From Mytilus trossulus (lineage: Eukaryota): a stretch of 64,000 bases of DNA. The notes under the pieces are model-generated. The model was not told the DNA's origin, made no database searches, and worked only from the letters and a program-made list of their open reading frames with translations. A program made the position numbers and the translations under genes. Each line of letters starts with the position of its first letter. Within the stretch, counting starts at the first letter, position 1. Location of the stretch: positions 27,365,216-27,429,215 of the forward strand of contig NC_086385.1 in assembly GCF_036588685.1 (NCBI RefSeq), in the 5' to 3' direction. Shown piece after piece: positions 11,800-24,586 of this stretch.

Positions 11800-13590
11800 A
11801 ATCTCCTATCTATAGAAAGAATGGTCTTAAATAGGCAAACTTAATAAACCACGCACAGTCAAGTGAAATAAATCTAGTAATACCCGATGGACAGGTTTTA
11901 GCATAGTTAAACGGAACTTGATTTATTAAAAGTAATTGGCAGTGGAAATCTGCGATCAATATCGAACTCTTTAACAAGCGAAAATAATTCACAGACCATG
12001 TGTGTCTAATATTGAAGGGAATAGTGACAGCGAAAATGCTGTACATTGTGACAACCGAAACTCACGTTTCACGTACATTACAAATCATGGATTTCTTCAG
12101 CTAGACATTGGATTCACAGATCATCAAATTTTTGGCCAAGTACCGAGATCAAGCAAAATTGTAGATCATGGAATTGTATTTGTACCAATCGAAATCAAAG
12201 GATCTCGAAATGAAGCATTTGAATGGCGCACCTCTTTCACAGTAGATGTGCGGCTTCTCGTTTTTACTTTTAATCAAACACAAATTCTTTGCTATGTGCT
12301 TTTAAAATTGTTTATGATAGGTTTATCAAGTGTAGAACTAGTGTTTGAAGATGCGTTATGTTCATATTCTCTTAAAACTGTTTTTATTATCAGAGGAGCT
12401 TCCTCTATCAATTTGGAAAATTTGTTATCTTGTTTCATGAGATGTTAGATTTGTTTACTGTGTAATATATTCGGTTTGCCCAAATTATTTCATTCCCGAG
12501 AATAATATGTTTGAGAACAAAATATCAGGTTCAAGACGGGATGAATTACTTCGTTATCTTAACTCAATTTATTGCCAGGAAATCTTGTCCAAAATAAGTT
12601 TCACTTCAATAGACAAATCGAATGAACTCAATCACGACACAAGTGATTTGTTTATAGAGAGTTGTCATCGAATGATCAATTCAAAACTCTTATCCATAGG
12701 ATAGAACAGCATAATTATCAACAGGCATTAGCAAAGATACTTTCATGCAAATCGACAAGAATGAAGCAAATGTATTTGTATAACCAATCGATGATATGTA
12801 ATGGCAAATCACAATCAACCCAAAAGAACTTGTTTTATCGTTGGAATAAAGTATCAATATAAACATCAAATGTGTTTCCTGCTTTAAAATGTTCATCATG
12901 ATGCAATCACTGGCTGGTTAATGCTGGCGTCAATGACCTACCGTGAAAAGCGGTATATTAACAGTGTTCGTATTCTAGAGTATGCGTTATCAAAATGTAC
13001 TCCAGAAAAAAACACAATTCAAATCAAGGCTATCGGATCTACATGAAAATATTCTCAAGCTTGAAGTATTTCAGAAGAAAGGAATTATTCGTTCATTAAG
13101 TATACTTTACATGGGATTTGTAAAATTTAAAAAGTTTTCAAACCTTATTCCTGTAGAATTAGAGATGGAAGTCGATGAAGTATTCCACGTGATACCATCA
13201 GTAGTATATGCACATTTCTTAGAAGTCGAGGAAGTATTCCACGTGATACCATCAGTAGTGTATGCACATTTCTTGGAAGTCGAGGAAGTATTCCACATGA
13301 TACCATCAGTAGTATATGCACATTTCTTGTATTTACTTTGATATTACCACTCACAGGATGTTGAAAAATGTGTAGTATCAATTTGATATTTGAATCTTAC
13401 AATACTTGGAAACGTGTTTATACCTCCAGATGATCATTTTAAAGCTATATCATATAACATTCTTGGATTATCTTTGCAAATTACTGGAGACAAGAAGTCT
13501 GCACTGGAAGTGTTCAAGCAAGCAGTTGAATTAGAACCTAACCCAGTTTACCATAGCGCAAGACGAGCGGCAATGTTAAAAACTACTTAA
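11800..13590 (+). pseudogene. Mab-21 domain / cGAS-like receptor (cGLR) with C-terminal TPR, disabled
   Basis: Collinear motifs IHRPC, GIVFVP, EWRTSF, QTQILCYVLLK, LCSYSLKT, CPNYFIPENNMF and TPR-like SYNILGLSLQITGDKKSALEVFKQAVELEP are spread over five ORF pieces separated by frameshifts and stops. No N-terminal GS..EG/DxD segment seen. 5' boundary approximate. Confidence 0.85.
13168..13329 (+). repeat. Three tandem 54-bp copies (EV[D/E]EVFH[V/M]IPSVVYAHFL) within the cGLR pseudogene
   Basis: Units start at 13168, 13222 and 13276 and are near-identical. Confidence 0.95.
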
Positions 13591-14512
13591 TACCACAAAA
13601 TACGGTTACCGTATGTACTCAGTAGTTCGCGGAATCAAATTTCTAAAAAAGCTGAGGAAAATAAAAGTAATCTTAGATGTGTTTTGTGTCCATTAAGTAT
13701 AACGGAAGGTAACTGCAGTTACTATCTCAATTTTTTTTTATCAAGGACAAGCACAAAGATCAACTAAGGTAATTGCATTGACATAAAAAGGTAGCAATTC
13801 CGATGCGGTAAATGCTTGACCATCTTCTTTTACAAGTATTCATAAATAAACATTATACAAAATGTACAAAGCACAACTAATAAAACATAAGACTAAGTAA
13901 CACGAACCAAACCAAAAATAAAAACTTGGGATTTTCCCAGTACCGGTACTCCTGAAAGGTAGGCAGATTCTGCTCTAATTACGGAATCCGTTGTTTATAA
14001 ACCCGGTGATCAATCTTAACTTGGTAGTTCAGATTAGAGAAAAAAATGTGCTTACGACAATTGGAACATTACATTTGGGCTTATATTTGTGAGTATGTGT
14101 ATAACGGGTTTGGTATTAATATTATTTTGTGTTTTTTTAATTATCCTTTCCCCTGAATAAATAGTGAAGATAAGTAACACATAACACTCCTTTCGTTAAT
14201 ATCAAACCTTTAGTTCGTGCTCTAATAAGCATGTATTTGATAGAAAATGTCTGTACAAAGTCAGAACTATAACAGTAGGTTTTCGGTCCTGTTGATTGAA
14301 AGCGGGTGATTTTGTCATTGTCAATGGACTGCCAATTTTGGAATTTGCCTTGTCCAGGTTTGTTTTAAACTTATTTCTCTTGCAATTATTAATATAGAAG
14401 AGTGAAAATCAATGAATAAATGTAATTTTTTTATTGAAAGCATTTTATGTTTCTTGTCTTGATCTTGAGATGTCAGCCATTTTAACTGTCATACTGAAGA
14501 AGTGGAGCTGAG

Positions 14513-17500
14513 TCACGTCACAGTCACGGATTCCCATTTATTCTCTGCATCAGACGAGGAGTAATCAGTTTCCATAATTACTATAAAACATTTTAGAAAC
14601 AAATGCTATAGACATGATACAGTATAAACAGATAATTTTAGTGTCACTGGGAAATCAATGTAATTTATTGCAAACAATGTAATAAGTGTTGATATTTTCT
14701 ATGTCAATGTCGATTGAATAATTCTGTCAATGGCCAGTCACCTGCACAAATCAACATGGACACACTATTATATTAGATGAAGCTACATGTATATTTGCAA
14801 ACTTGCTCATGCTTACGTCGTTCTTTAGAGGGAATAAATACCACTTCAACCTCTTAGTACTGTTTAATTATACTAAAGGAAAAATTAAACGTTGATACCA
14901 GGACAGTTGGATGCAACAATATTACAGAACAATCTTAACATTCAAAATATTTTTGACATTATGTAATTATGTAATTTTTATTGCGGTTCTACTTTTAACA
15001 AATGTTTAATATATCTGTTGCTAGAAATGTATAATTATTTAGTGATGCTTAAGGGGAAATTCATTAGATCGAACAAAGTTAATAGCTATTACATCTTTCA
15101 TTGAACTAATGTTTTTACCATGACGTTCTATGTTTATTTTTAACTTATGAGTTTGAATGTTCCTTTCGTATCTTTTGCTTCTATTTTACACAAGTCGAAA
15201 GAAGCTTTTTTATCACCATAAAACAGTAGTCTAATTATATACAGTACTTAAACTGGATGAATTTCTAACTTACACAATCTACATTTTCAGCATATATACG
15301 TTTTTGTAAGAAAACACCATTTAAGGTATGTATACCTTTTTCACATCGTTCTTCCTCTTGTCCATTACGTGTTTGTCTTCTACATAGTACGCAGGAACAC
15401 AACAATATACCAGCTACAGCACATTCAGCTGAGAAACCTTGGGCTAATCCTTCTATCATTAACTCTGAAAATGATTAATATTGCATTAAACAGTACTGTC
15501 ATATTCTGTTTTTTACAATCATTATCGCACTTAAGGGGGCAGACCTTGGTCTAGGGAGATAACTCTTTAATTCAGTGATGCGTTTGTATTAGTCAAGTTT
15601 TATTAATGTATTTTAAGCATTCACCTGAAACTGATTGAGGTTAGTTCATTTCGTAAATGGAAACAAAACATATCCTTTTATCAATATTAAAAATTTACAA
15701 ATACGTTTGTCATAAAGCACGAAATTTTATAAATTTTATTCGATTGTACACACGTTTACTGGTGCTCAGTTTGTATGGATCGAGGGATTGCTTGATACTA
15801 AAAATGTATGAACGATCGATGCTTTGAAAACACACCCTTTTCGGACATTAACAAGAAGCATTCAGTTCGTATAATTACATTTTATGCTACAATTAACCAT
15901 GTTATTTTAAAGATTTGTAGAACATTGTCACAGATAGCATAGGCAGTCACAGTTGAAATTATAGTTCAATTTTTCTAGTTCGAGTGGTCGTTTCGTTTCA
16001 GAATCTATAGATTTGTGTTTAATGTTAGTCTTCGTACCCCAAAATGAAAACAACGTTATTTGTTTCTCGGTTAGGACGTTCTTTACCAATCCATCCGCAT
16101 GTTTTTCATTTAATTCAAAACAGAAAGACAAACATGCGAATGTTTTTTTAGTTGAGCGGTAAATTGGTAAGATAATTCACAATCACTGGGACGGTCATTG
16201 ATTTGTATCTCAGAAAGAGCCGAAACGCATTCAACCATAAACACTTGAACAATGTTGAATAAGATATACATATATAGAGGGTCAAATAAACATTCAATAC
16301 AAATCAAATGTTTTTTCGACAGATACCGAGTTGATAAAATGTCCATACTAGTATTATAAATCAATTATTTCAGAATTCAAGGGAAATAGACCATTACCAT
16401 CAAAACCAAGGAGTAAAGAAAGACTAAAAAAACCAAGGGACATTTTCATCAACAGTTATAAATAATAAATAAGAAACAACACGAACTTCCCTAAAAACCG
16501 GGAATGAAACCAAGTGCTCTGGAAGGGAATAGAGAAGAAACTCACTAGAGTATTTGGATCTGTATGTTGGACATGCGCAGCAGTATCTCCCTGTTAGTCG
16601 CTTCCGTCGGCGACAGTTGATGCACACATAGGTTCCCACCGCTGTGAGGACACACATCCCAACGACACCACCAATCAAGCCATCTGAATGATAAATGGTT
16701 TATGAGCTAAGACGTAACAGTTGATGGCATTGTAGCAACCTAATTTCATCGACATCATGACTTATGCAAGTGTCAGACGATGTACATGATGTATAATCAT
16801 TACTAACATTTCTATTATTATTATTATTATTTCATTATTATTATAATTATTACACATCTTCTACAGTTTCTGCATGAATTCATATCTTTTTTTTTACACA
16901 TGACATTTAAAACGATTATATTCTGAGGTTAATGGTTCTATGTTGACCTCTAGTTGTTATTTGTGTGCATGTGTAGCTGTATCATTGACGTATGGTCTTT
17001 CGTTTTCTTTTTTTTCTAAATAATCAAAGTACATGTATATAGCAGAAATAAAAGTACTCACAATTATAGTGCCATTTCGACTCAATTTGAAACTCAAAAG
17101 TGTCATTTACTTTATCTGGAAATACTTCCTGCGTTTTTGTCAGCTCAAATACAACATGACTAGCATGGTCTACACATTCGTAAAACATTCTGTAATTGCC
17201 ATATAACATGTATGTGTTTCCTGGACAGCCATCTCCTGATATCTTAAAAAGTAGGAAATAAATTCATCATTGAAAAAGGTAATTGATCGTGTTTTTAAAG
17301 AAGAAGGCCCTATTACATTAGACAACAATTATTAAAATACAAGTATTTGTGAACTATAAGTCGTAATTTTATTTGTCATCTGATTAAATCTTCACAAATG
17401 CGAATTGTCATTTTCTGTTTTTATAGCTATTTAAAACGCTATTACACACTACTTTAAAACTTCAAAAAAGCGTTTTTCATCGATATACTATTTTTTCAAT

Positions 17501-19352
17501 TTAAGTACTTGTAAAGACTCCCACACTCGTATGTATAATAAAAAAATTCTCAGATTAAATAGAGAAACCTAAATCTCACCTGTTTTGACCGTTTTTTATA
17601 CTTATACTCTATTCTAAGATTTAAAAGATTTGTTAGTGAATTTATCCTTGTTTGGTGTATAATTCCAAATAGGAGTAGGTCCGGTAGGACCAATTTTGGC
17701 CTCAAACTTCCGTTTCATCTGACGATAGATTTGATTCAATTATTTTTTGTGAAAGATTTTAACTCATTTAGTTATTAAAAACGATCCGATTCAAGCAAAA
17801 ATATGAAAAATCTACTAAATATGCGAAACAATGTCAATTTTCAGATGTTTTGTTTCAAAAATGAAAGCATCCGTGTTCATCCTCAACCTTTATATATGTT
17901 ATATGGTGAAGTTGAAATCATCCCTTCGTAAATTTTACGGACGCCATCACGAGTTGGATGACCGTTATGGAATAACCGTTTCACAAATGATATCAGATAT
18001 GTTCCTTACGTCGTAACTACAATCCCCTTCCCTTTCATAAATTTGACCTACCGAATTAGACTATATACTGGATTTGTAATCACATAAGCAACGCGACGGG
18101 TGCCGCATGTGGAGCAGGATCTGCTAACCCTTCCGGAGCACCTGAGATCACCCCTAGTTTTTGGTGGGGTTCGTGTTGTTTATTCTTTAGTTTTCTATGT
18201 TGTGTCATGTGTACTTTTGTTTTTCTGTTTTTGTTTTTCATTTTTAGCCATGGCGTTGTCAGTTTGTCTTAGATGTATGAGTTTGACTGTCCCTTTGGTG
18301 TCTTTCGTCCCTCTTTTATATATAATCATCAAATACAACTTACATTTCAATATTTTGGATGAACACGAATGGGGCCACTTTCGTTTTACACGGAAACCGT
18401 CTAAAATTTAACTAAAATGCTAGAATTGTGAAGATTTCAGTGATTTAGCATGATGTAATGGTGCTTGTACTGAATAAATGTGCATTGCACTGTCAAAAAC
18501 AGCCAATATTTATGTAGCAGAACCATTCTACTTTCCAATAAATAGCTAAAAGTTTACATTTTAACAATTTTGTAAAACTGCTATATTTTGGGGCCAAAAA
18601 GGGCTCTTACCGGACCTACTCCTTTAATATACAGTCTACACTGAAACATATGAAAATCATACCTGTACAATAACACATATATATATATATTACCTGATTA
18701 TTATAAGCATAGCTGTTGTCAGAACCACGCCTTTTGAAGTAAACTGTACTTTCACAATTTTGGCTACTATAGTAAAGTTCTTTTATAGACATTGTATATG
18801 AGTAGAAAGCAGATTTTGGAGTTGTGAATGACATTTTTCTACATTCCTGACCGCCAAAATCACCTTCAAACTTCATGATAATCATGGTGTTTTCATCAAC
18901 AAGATACGGAGCAGTGACACACGAATCAGTTGGAAATGTATCTAATGGAACATGTGAAATAGAAAAAGTCAATACTCAGCTAAAAAGCATACGTTTGATT
19001 AGAGAAAGATAACTTCGATACATTTAACGTTTTGTCATATTATTATTTGATTTTCGAACCAAAGAGAGGCAAAAGATACAAAAAAGGTCATTCACAAATG
19101 AATGAATTGAAATTGATGTTTACTCAATGTTCATTAATCTATTATCTCGTTCAATTAAAATTCAAGATCTGCTGTACATTTAACATTTATTTGAAGTCAA
19201 ATCTTACTTTATGTATCATTACTGAATTTACAGAAGATACGACAAAAAAGCAGAAAGCAGAACACATAAATCAACATACATGTCAATGGGTTTTGTCCAT
19301 GGCAAATACGGACTGATACTATCAACATCATGGCCAATTCAGCAGCCGACAT
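14513..19352 (-). CDS. Uncharacterised signal-peptide, Cys-rich membrane protein, paralogue A (278 aa predicted)
   Basis: Coding exons 19352-19280, 18941-18694, 17242-17062, 16683-16546, 15464-15336, 14580-14513. All introns GT-AG with compatible phases (837 nt total). Signal MSAAELAMMLIVSVRICHG; TM GLIGGVVGMCVLTAVGTYVCINC followed by RRRKR. Every exon is conserved in paralogue B. Confidence 0.85.
17671..18623. mobile_element. MITE with ~35-bp TIRs in an intron of paralogue A, containing a nested PLE fragment
   Basis: AGGAGTAGGTCCGGTAGGACCAATTTTGGCCTCAAA versus TTTTGGGGCCAAAAAGGGCTCTTACCGGACCTACTCCT. Confidence 0.8.
17903..18320 (+). mobile_element. 3' fragment of a Naiad-type PLE (RT C-terminus + 3' UTR)
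   Basis: VKLKSSLRKFYGRHHELDDRYGITVSQMISDMFLTS, with the same peptide and UTR at 20110-20720 (-) and 37325-37725 (+). Inserted at a TA-rich site. Confidence 0.8.
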
Positions 19353-19852
19353 TTTCAATAATTTGCTCTCTGAAAGTCAAAATTCCTTTAACCTTATTAC
19401 ACATGTTCTGTAGTGGATATGTGATCTATTTCATTTTTGTTAAACGAGGGGTTTCAATCTTAACACAATATCTCTGATCTTTAAAAAAAATCAGGATATT
19501 TTTACAGTTTCTAGTTCTGTTTATTTTTATTGCGATGTTTCTTTCACAGCGAATAATGTTAATATATTTCTCACAATCGGAAATCTGACATATATGTTTT
19601 TTGCAGTTTTTTCATGTAATCGCCATACATCCATAATGCTCCTCACATCCTTGTCTGACATAACAAAATCGCAATAAAAATACATACATACAATATTTAA
19701 ATACTTTAGCTCATGTCATTAACAACCTAAAACCAGGTACTCAGAACTATTGGCAAACAAAGTCCCTTGTCAAGTTCTATCATACTATAACAACGATCAA
19801 TAAGGAAGTTCAGAGAATAATACAAATAATAGAAATCATCACAACACATTAC

Positions 19853-20032
19853 CTTGGATCGTAGTTAAAATAAAATTGTATACATCCGCCTGTACCTTTG
19901 GTCTACATGGTACGTTGAAATATTTCCCTTTACTACGTCGATATGTAAATACAAAATATCGTATTATCAAAGATATCCATAAAAATACACGTATAGTGTG
20001 TTTGTTGAAAGTTAAAAATAACTATGATACAG
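19853..20032 (-). promoter_or_regulatory. Probable non-coding first exon / proximal promoter of paralogue A
   Basis: Donor ATCCAAG|GTAA at 19853; ~180 bp alignable to 31031-31231 of paralogue B; acceptor TTTCAG just upstream of the ATG exon. Confidence 0.6.
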
Positions 20033-20109
20033 ATACAAAGTACAATTACACAAAATACTGAACTCGGAGGAAATTCAAAACGACAAGTCCCAAATCCAAT
20101 GGCAAAATC

Positions 20110-20720
20110 ATATGATAAAAGAAGGACGAAAGATACCGAAGGGACAGTTAAACCCATAGATCGAAAATAAGCTGACAACACCATGGCTAACAATGAAACA
20201 AAAACCAAACAGACAAACAATAGTATAAATGACACAGCATAGAAAACTAAAATAATAAGCAACACGAACCCCAACAAAAACAAGGGGTGAACTCATGTGT
20301 TCCGGAAGGGTAAGCTAATCCTGCTCCAAATGTGGCACCCGTCGTGTTGTTTATGTGAAAACAATTCTGGTAAATAATCTAATTCGGTAGGTCTCATTCA
20401 TGAATGGAAATGGGATTGTAGTTACGATGTTAGGAACATATTTGATATCATTTGTGAAACAGTTATTCCATAACGGTCAACCAACTTGTGATGGCGTCCG
20501 TAAAATTTACGAAGGAATGATTTCAATTTCACCATTTGGAACTCTTGGTTTAATAGCTTCCTTGCATGTGAGCAGCAACCCTTTATCAAGAAAATCATGA
20601 TCATAGGAAATGCAAACACGGGAATATCGTATCAATTAGGAGATATATACCCCGTATGCAGGTGCTACTGGAATGTTGCTACTAAGAAATGGAAAGTTCA
20701 AAATTGGAAAGCTGAAATCG
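20110..20720 (-). mobile_element. Naiad-type PLE 3' fragment
   Basis: Minus strand encodes DFSFPILNFPFLSSNIPVAPAYGVYIS.LIRYSR..KLLNQEFQMVKLKSFLRKFYGRHH, followed by the shared 3' UTR. Confidence 0.82.
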
Positions 20721-20984
20721 TAAAGTTTTGTTTTCAAACACACCAATCGAATGCACAACATCTGTCATATTCATGACTTAGTACAGGCATTTTTCAAAAG
20801 TAGAAAATGATGGATAACAATCATTTATCGAAAGTCTAATTCAGTGAATACGCATGGCGAGGATGTAGAGAATGGTTCGTCTATCTATGAAGTAGATAGG
20901 GGTTACGAAAGTGCCCGACAATAAATAGAATAATCAAGTTAGTCTGTTAGTAAAGATATTCAATACATTTTCATCCATCTAATG

Positions 20985-21392
20985 ATTTAAGCCCTTTTCA
21001 ACTGATTTATTTAGTTCGTTCTTATGTTGTATTGTTATACCACTATCCCAGGTAAGGGGAGTGTTTGGATCCTGATAACATGTTTAATCCCGCCACAGTC
21101 TGCATGTATGTGTCTGTCCTAAGTCAGGAGCCTGTAATTCAGTGGTTGTCGTTTGTTTATATGTTACATATTTGTTTTTCGTTATTTTTTTTGTATATAA
21201 AAATTAGGCCATTACTTTTCTTGTTTGAATTGTTTTACATTGTCATTGCTGGGCATTTTTATTGCTTACTATGCGGTATGGACTTTGCTCATTGTTGAAC
21301 CCCGATCGGTGACCTATAATTGTTAATTTCTGTGTTAGTTTGGTCTCTTAGGGATAGTTGTGTCATTGGCAATCATACCAGATCTTCTTTTT
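20985..21392 (-). repeat. Copy of the 9908-10257 repeat family, opposite orientation
   Basis: Reverse complement alignable along its length (GTCCTAAGTCAGGAGCCTGTAATTCAGTGGTTGTCGTTTG...GGCAATCATACCAGATCTTCTT). Confidence 0.75.
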
Positions 21393-23019
21393 TTAAATAT
21401 ATTTATGTGTTATGTTTCTTGTTAATTTTTATGCTACTGTTATAACAGTTTTTGAAAAAAACATGATAATTGATAACTTATTTTCGATGCTTTTGAATAA
21501 TCCCTTTTAAATTGTTGTTTCGCTGCTTCATTGTTACACATCTGTTTTTTTCATTTCTAGTGTCTCTTCCTTTATCATAACATTTGTATTGTAAAATATC
21601 GAAACCTGCATTTTTATATTATAATAATAAAAAAAGACATTTTCTTTATGTTATACTTATTCTATTCATGGAAAAGAAAAAGATGAACTACATTTCATAG
21701 TGAAATGGCAGATTAAAACTACTGTGTTTCGGAGATTCAACAATCAGTGTTGTGTAGTAAGTGCTAAGCAAGAGTTATTTTCATAGTTCATAAAGCTAAA
21801 TATTGAGATTAACCTAGTTAATATTGATGAACTATAGTGAACATGCAATAAAGCGAATAATGTCAAATAGACAGAGGAAGTTGTGGTATGATTGCAAATG
21901 AGACAGCTTTATTTAATATGAACGCTTTATTTTTATATTACAATGAAATGCCATTTTTTTAACCATATTTATCCTTTAATCTAGTTCTATAAGGTCAATT
22001 TACATTTGTTTGGAAAATCAAAATTTACACTCACTACTCTTGGCAAGAAGAAAATCCTGTATAATCTTAGATATGTTCTTTATTTCTTTGCAATTTCAAC
22101 ATATATCAAGAATTGAATCTTTCTTCACAGTATTGGATACCTTTCGAATTACAGAAAGTGTACTAGCAAACAAAGTTAGATTTCTGGGTATTTTACGTCG
22201 TCCCAATACGTCTTTCTGAACCACAAACAAATACTCCTTAAGCAATTAAAGGACAGCAACTGAAGAACAGACTCCTGACTAGCATACATTTTACGAGTGT
22301 TTTATCACTATTCCGGAGCACCTGCGATCACCCCTATTTTTTGGTGGGGTTCGTTTTGTTTATTCTTTTGTTTTCTATGTTGTGTCATGTGTACTATAGT
22401 TTTTCTGTTTGTCTTTTTCATTTTTGGCTACGGCGTTGTCAGTTTGATTTGCATTTATGAGTTTGACTGTCCCTTTTGCATCTTTCGTCCCTCTTTTATG
22501 CTTCACTAAAAGTGGTACAATGGTTGAACGGCACAGCAAAGGAATACATTATAAAAAAAACCCAGATGAAATAAGTTTCTGCGATGTCACTGGTGTGGTG
22601 GTAGTATATTTGTTTTTAAAATGTGATACAGGTAAAAGTATTTTATATGAAATGCATACCTGTAATAAGACCATACAATACATACGCATACTATAGCTTT
22701 ATTCACTACCAACTTGAAATATTTCAATTTGGGTGTGCATACTTTTAGTCCTGATCAAGTCATGTTAATTATCTTATAAGCAGCAGTAAATGTCTTATTA
22801 ACCTTTAATTAAAGCACCGTTTATGTTTAATTTTGCATTATCTCTTCATTTATATAATAGACAAAAACATCTATCAGTAGCATGGTATAGATTCAGGATT
22901 TTTTTTCTAATTATCTCTTTTAGTCACTTACATGCTCTATGTCTATGTCTAAGTCAAAAAGGCCCAAATAAACAAGTTTGAGAGCATTGATGATCCCAAA
23001 ATGCCAAACGGTATTGCGA

Positions 23020-23600
23020 ACAAATCAAATTCATAATAGATACTACGAACATATTCGTTTTGATTAGTTAAAAATTGAGAATAACGGATGAATTCAGTTT
23101 CCAAATTGTGAACTTTCCCTTTCTTTTGTTCAAAGTAGCAACATTCGAGCAGCACCTATATAATGAGTATATATCTCCAAATTGATATCATACCTCAGAA
23201 TCCGAGTTTCCAATCATAATTTACTTGAAAGAGAATTGCTGCTGACAAGAACGGTTCTTCTGGTTTAAGTTATCCTTTTTGTATTTTCCAGATGGATGGA
23301 TGGATGATCGTTATGGAAAATATGTGTTACTCATGGCCACAGATATGTTCAACTTCTCGTCACTATAATTCTGTCCTTTTTCACTAAATTGAATCATAAC
23401 CGAATAAGACTCCTTAACGAATTTGAATTCAACATGAGTAGCATGACGTCTGTCGCATGTAAAGCAGGATCTGTTTAGGGAGAGCACCGGGTTTGGCAAC
23501 TTATGTTTTAGGTCGATAAATATGTTTTTATGTAGTGTTGTGTAGAGTCTGTCATGTGTTGTCTTTTTGTGTTTGCTTTATAAACGTTGGCTTGTAAATT
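23020..23600 (+). mobile_element. Old, decayed Naiad-type PLE 3' fragment (further UTR pieces at 22310-22498, 25270-25410, 13870-14070, 16400-16530)
   Basis: CAGTTTCCAAATTGTGAACTTTCCCTTTCT..GTAGCAACATTC.AGCAGCACCT..GTATATATCTCCAAATTGATA matches 36860-36948. Confidence 0.6.
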
Positions 23601-24586
23601 TCTTTCGGACTTATAAATGCATTTAAATCATCCTTTTGATAAAATAAACAGCGAAGTTTAAAGATATTTAATTCACAAATTCCAAAAAGGTACGCTGAAA
23701 CTGATTTGGAAGCAAGTTATGTATCACAAATTAACATGTGCAACAAACTTAAAACTCTCAGCATGTCCATTTCAATGATACTAAATCAGTAAAAGATTTC
23801 GTATCCCGCACATAGCAGACTTCGCGGTATTGGATTTGATCAATGTTGACGGCCGCACGGTGAACTATATTTATGAATTTCTGAGTCATTTGGTCTCTTG
23901 TTGATCTTGTCCTATTTGCACACATACCACATCTTTTTAAAATTCAAAGTTGAAAGAAAAATTGACAAACGAAGAGGGCTACAATAAAAGTACACATGTA
24001 ACTATAGACAAAATAAAAACACATAGTTACAATGTATTTGAATTCGATAGGCTAAAAAATTAGCACAGCAGTTTCTGATCGACAAGTTGTTATCAGTGTG
24101 TTGGTTATGATATTTTGAAGTCACATTCAAACAAGTCCAGGTAAAGTACCATGATTGTAACGTGGCAACCCTCAAAGGAACATATTATTGATCCTATTCG
24201 AAATTAAACTCTGATTAATGGTAACATTATTGCAGTTATTTTAATCAATACAACAGAAAAATCGCTGTCGTACAATTGGATCGTTTAGCTAGCTATAAAA
24301 TCTGGTTTAACAAACTTTTTTCTCTGGAAAATGCGTGTACCGAAACTGTCAGGATAATATCAGTTTATTTTTAATTGTTCTTTTGATTGATTGCTTTATA
24401 GTTTGCCATTTTAAATAAAGTGCAATTTTAGGAATGTACTTTTAAAATCAGATTTTTAATGCTTTTTTTTCTGCAATTTTCAATACTCATTCATTTATAT
24501 ATTAATTACATTATGGAAAAAATAATGTTTTCTATTTGCAGTCAATTCATGTTTTTTGTCCTGATCTTCATATGTCGTCTGCCACT

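Noticed and set aside
13168-13329. Regular repeats superficially like a CRISPR array
   Set aside because: Head-to-tail 54-bp units with no unique spacers, in a eukaryotic pseudogene, with no cas genes.
18100-18411. Hydrophobic ORFs here and at 19933-20283, 21065-21298 and 22297-22509 resembling membrane proteins
   Set aside because: They are translations of T-rich UTRs of high-copy repeats.
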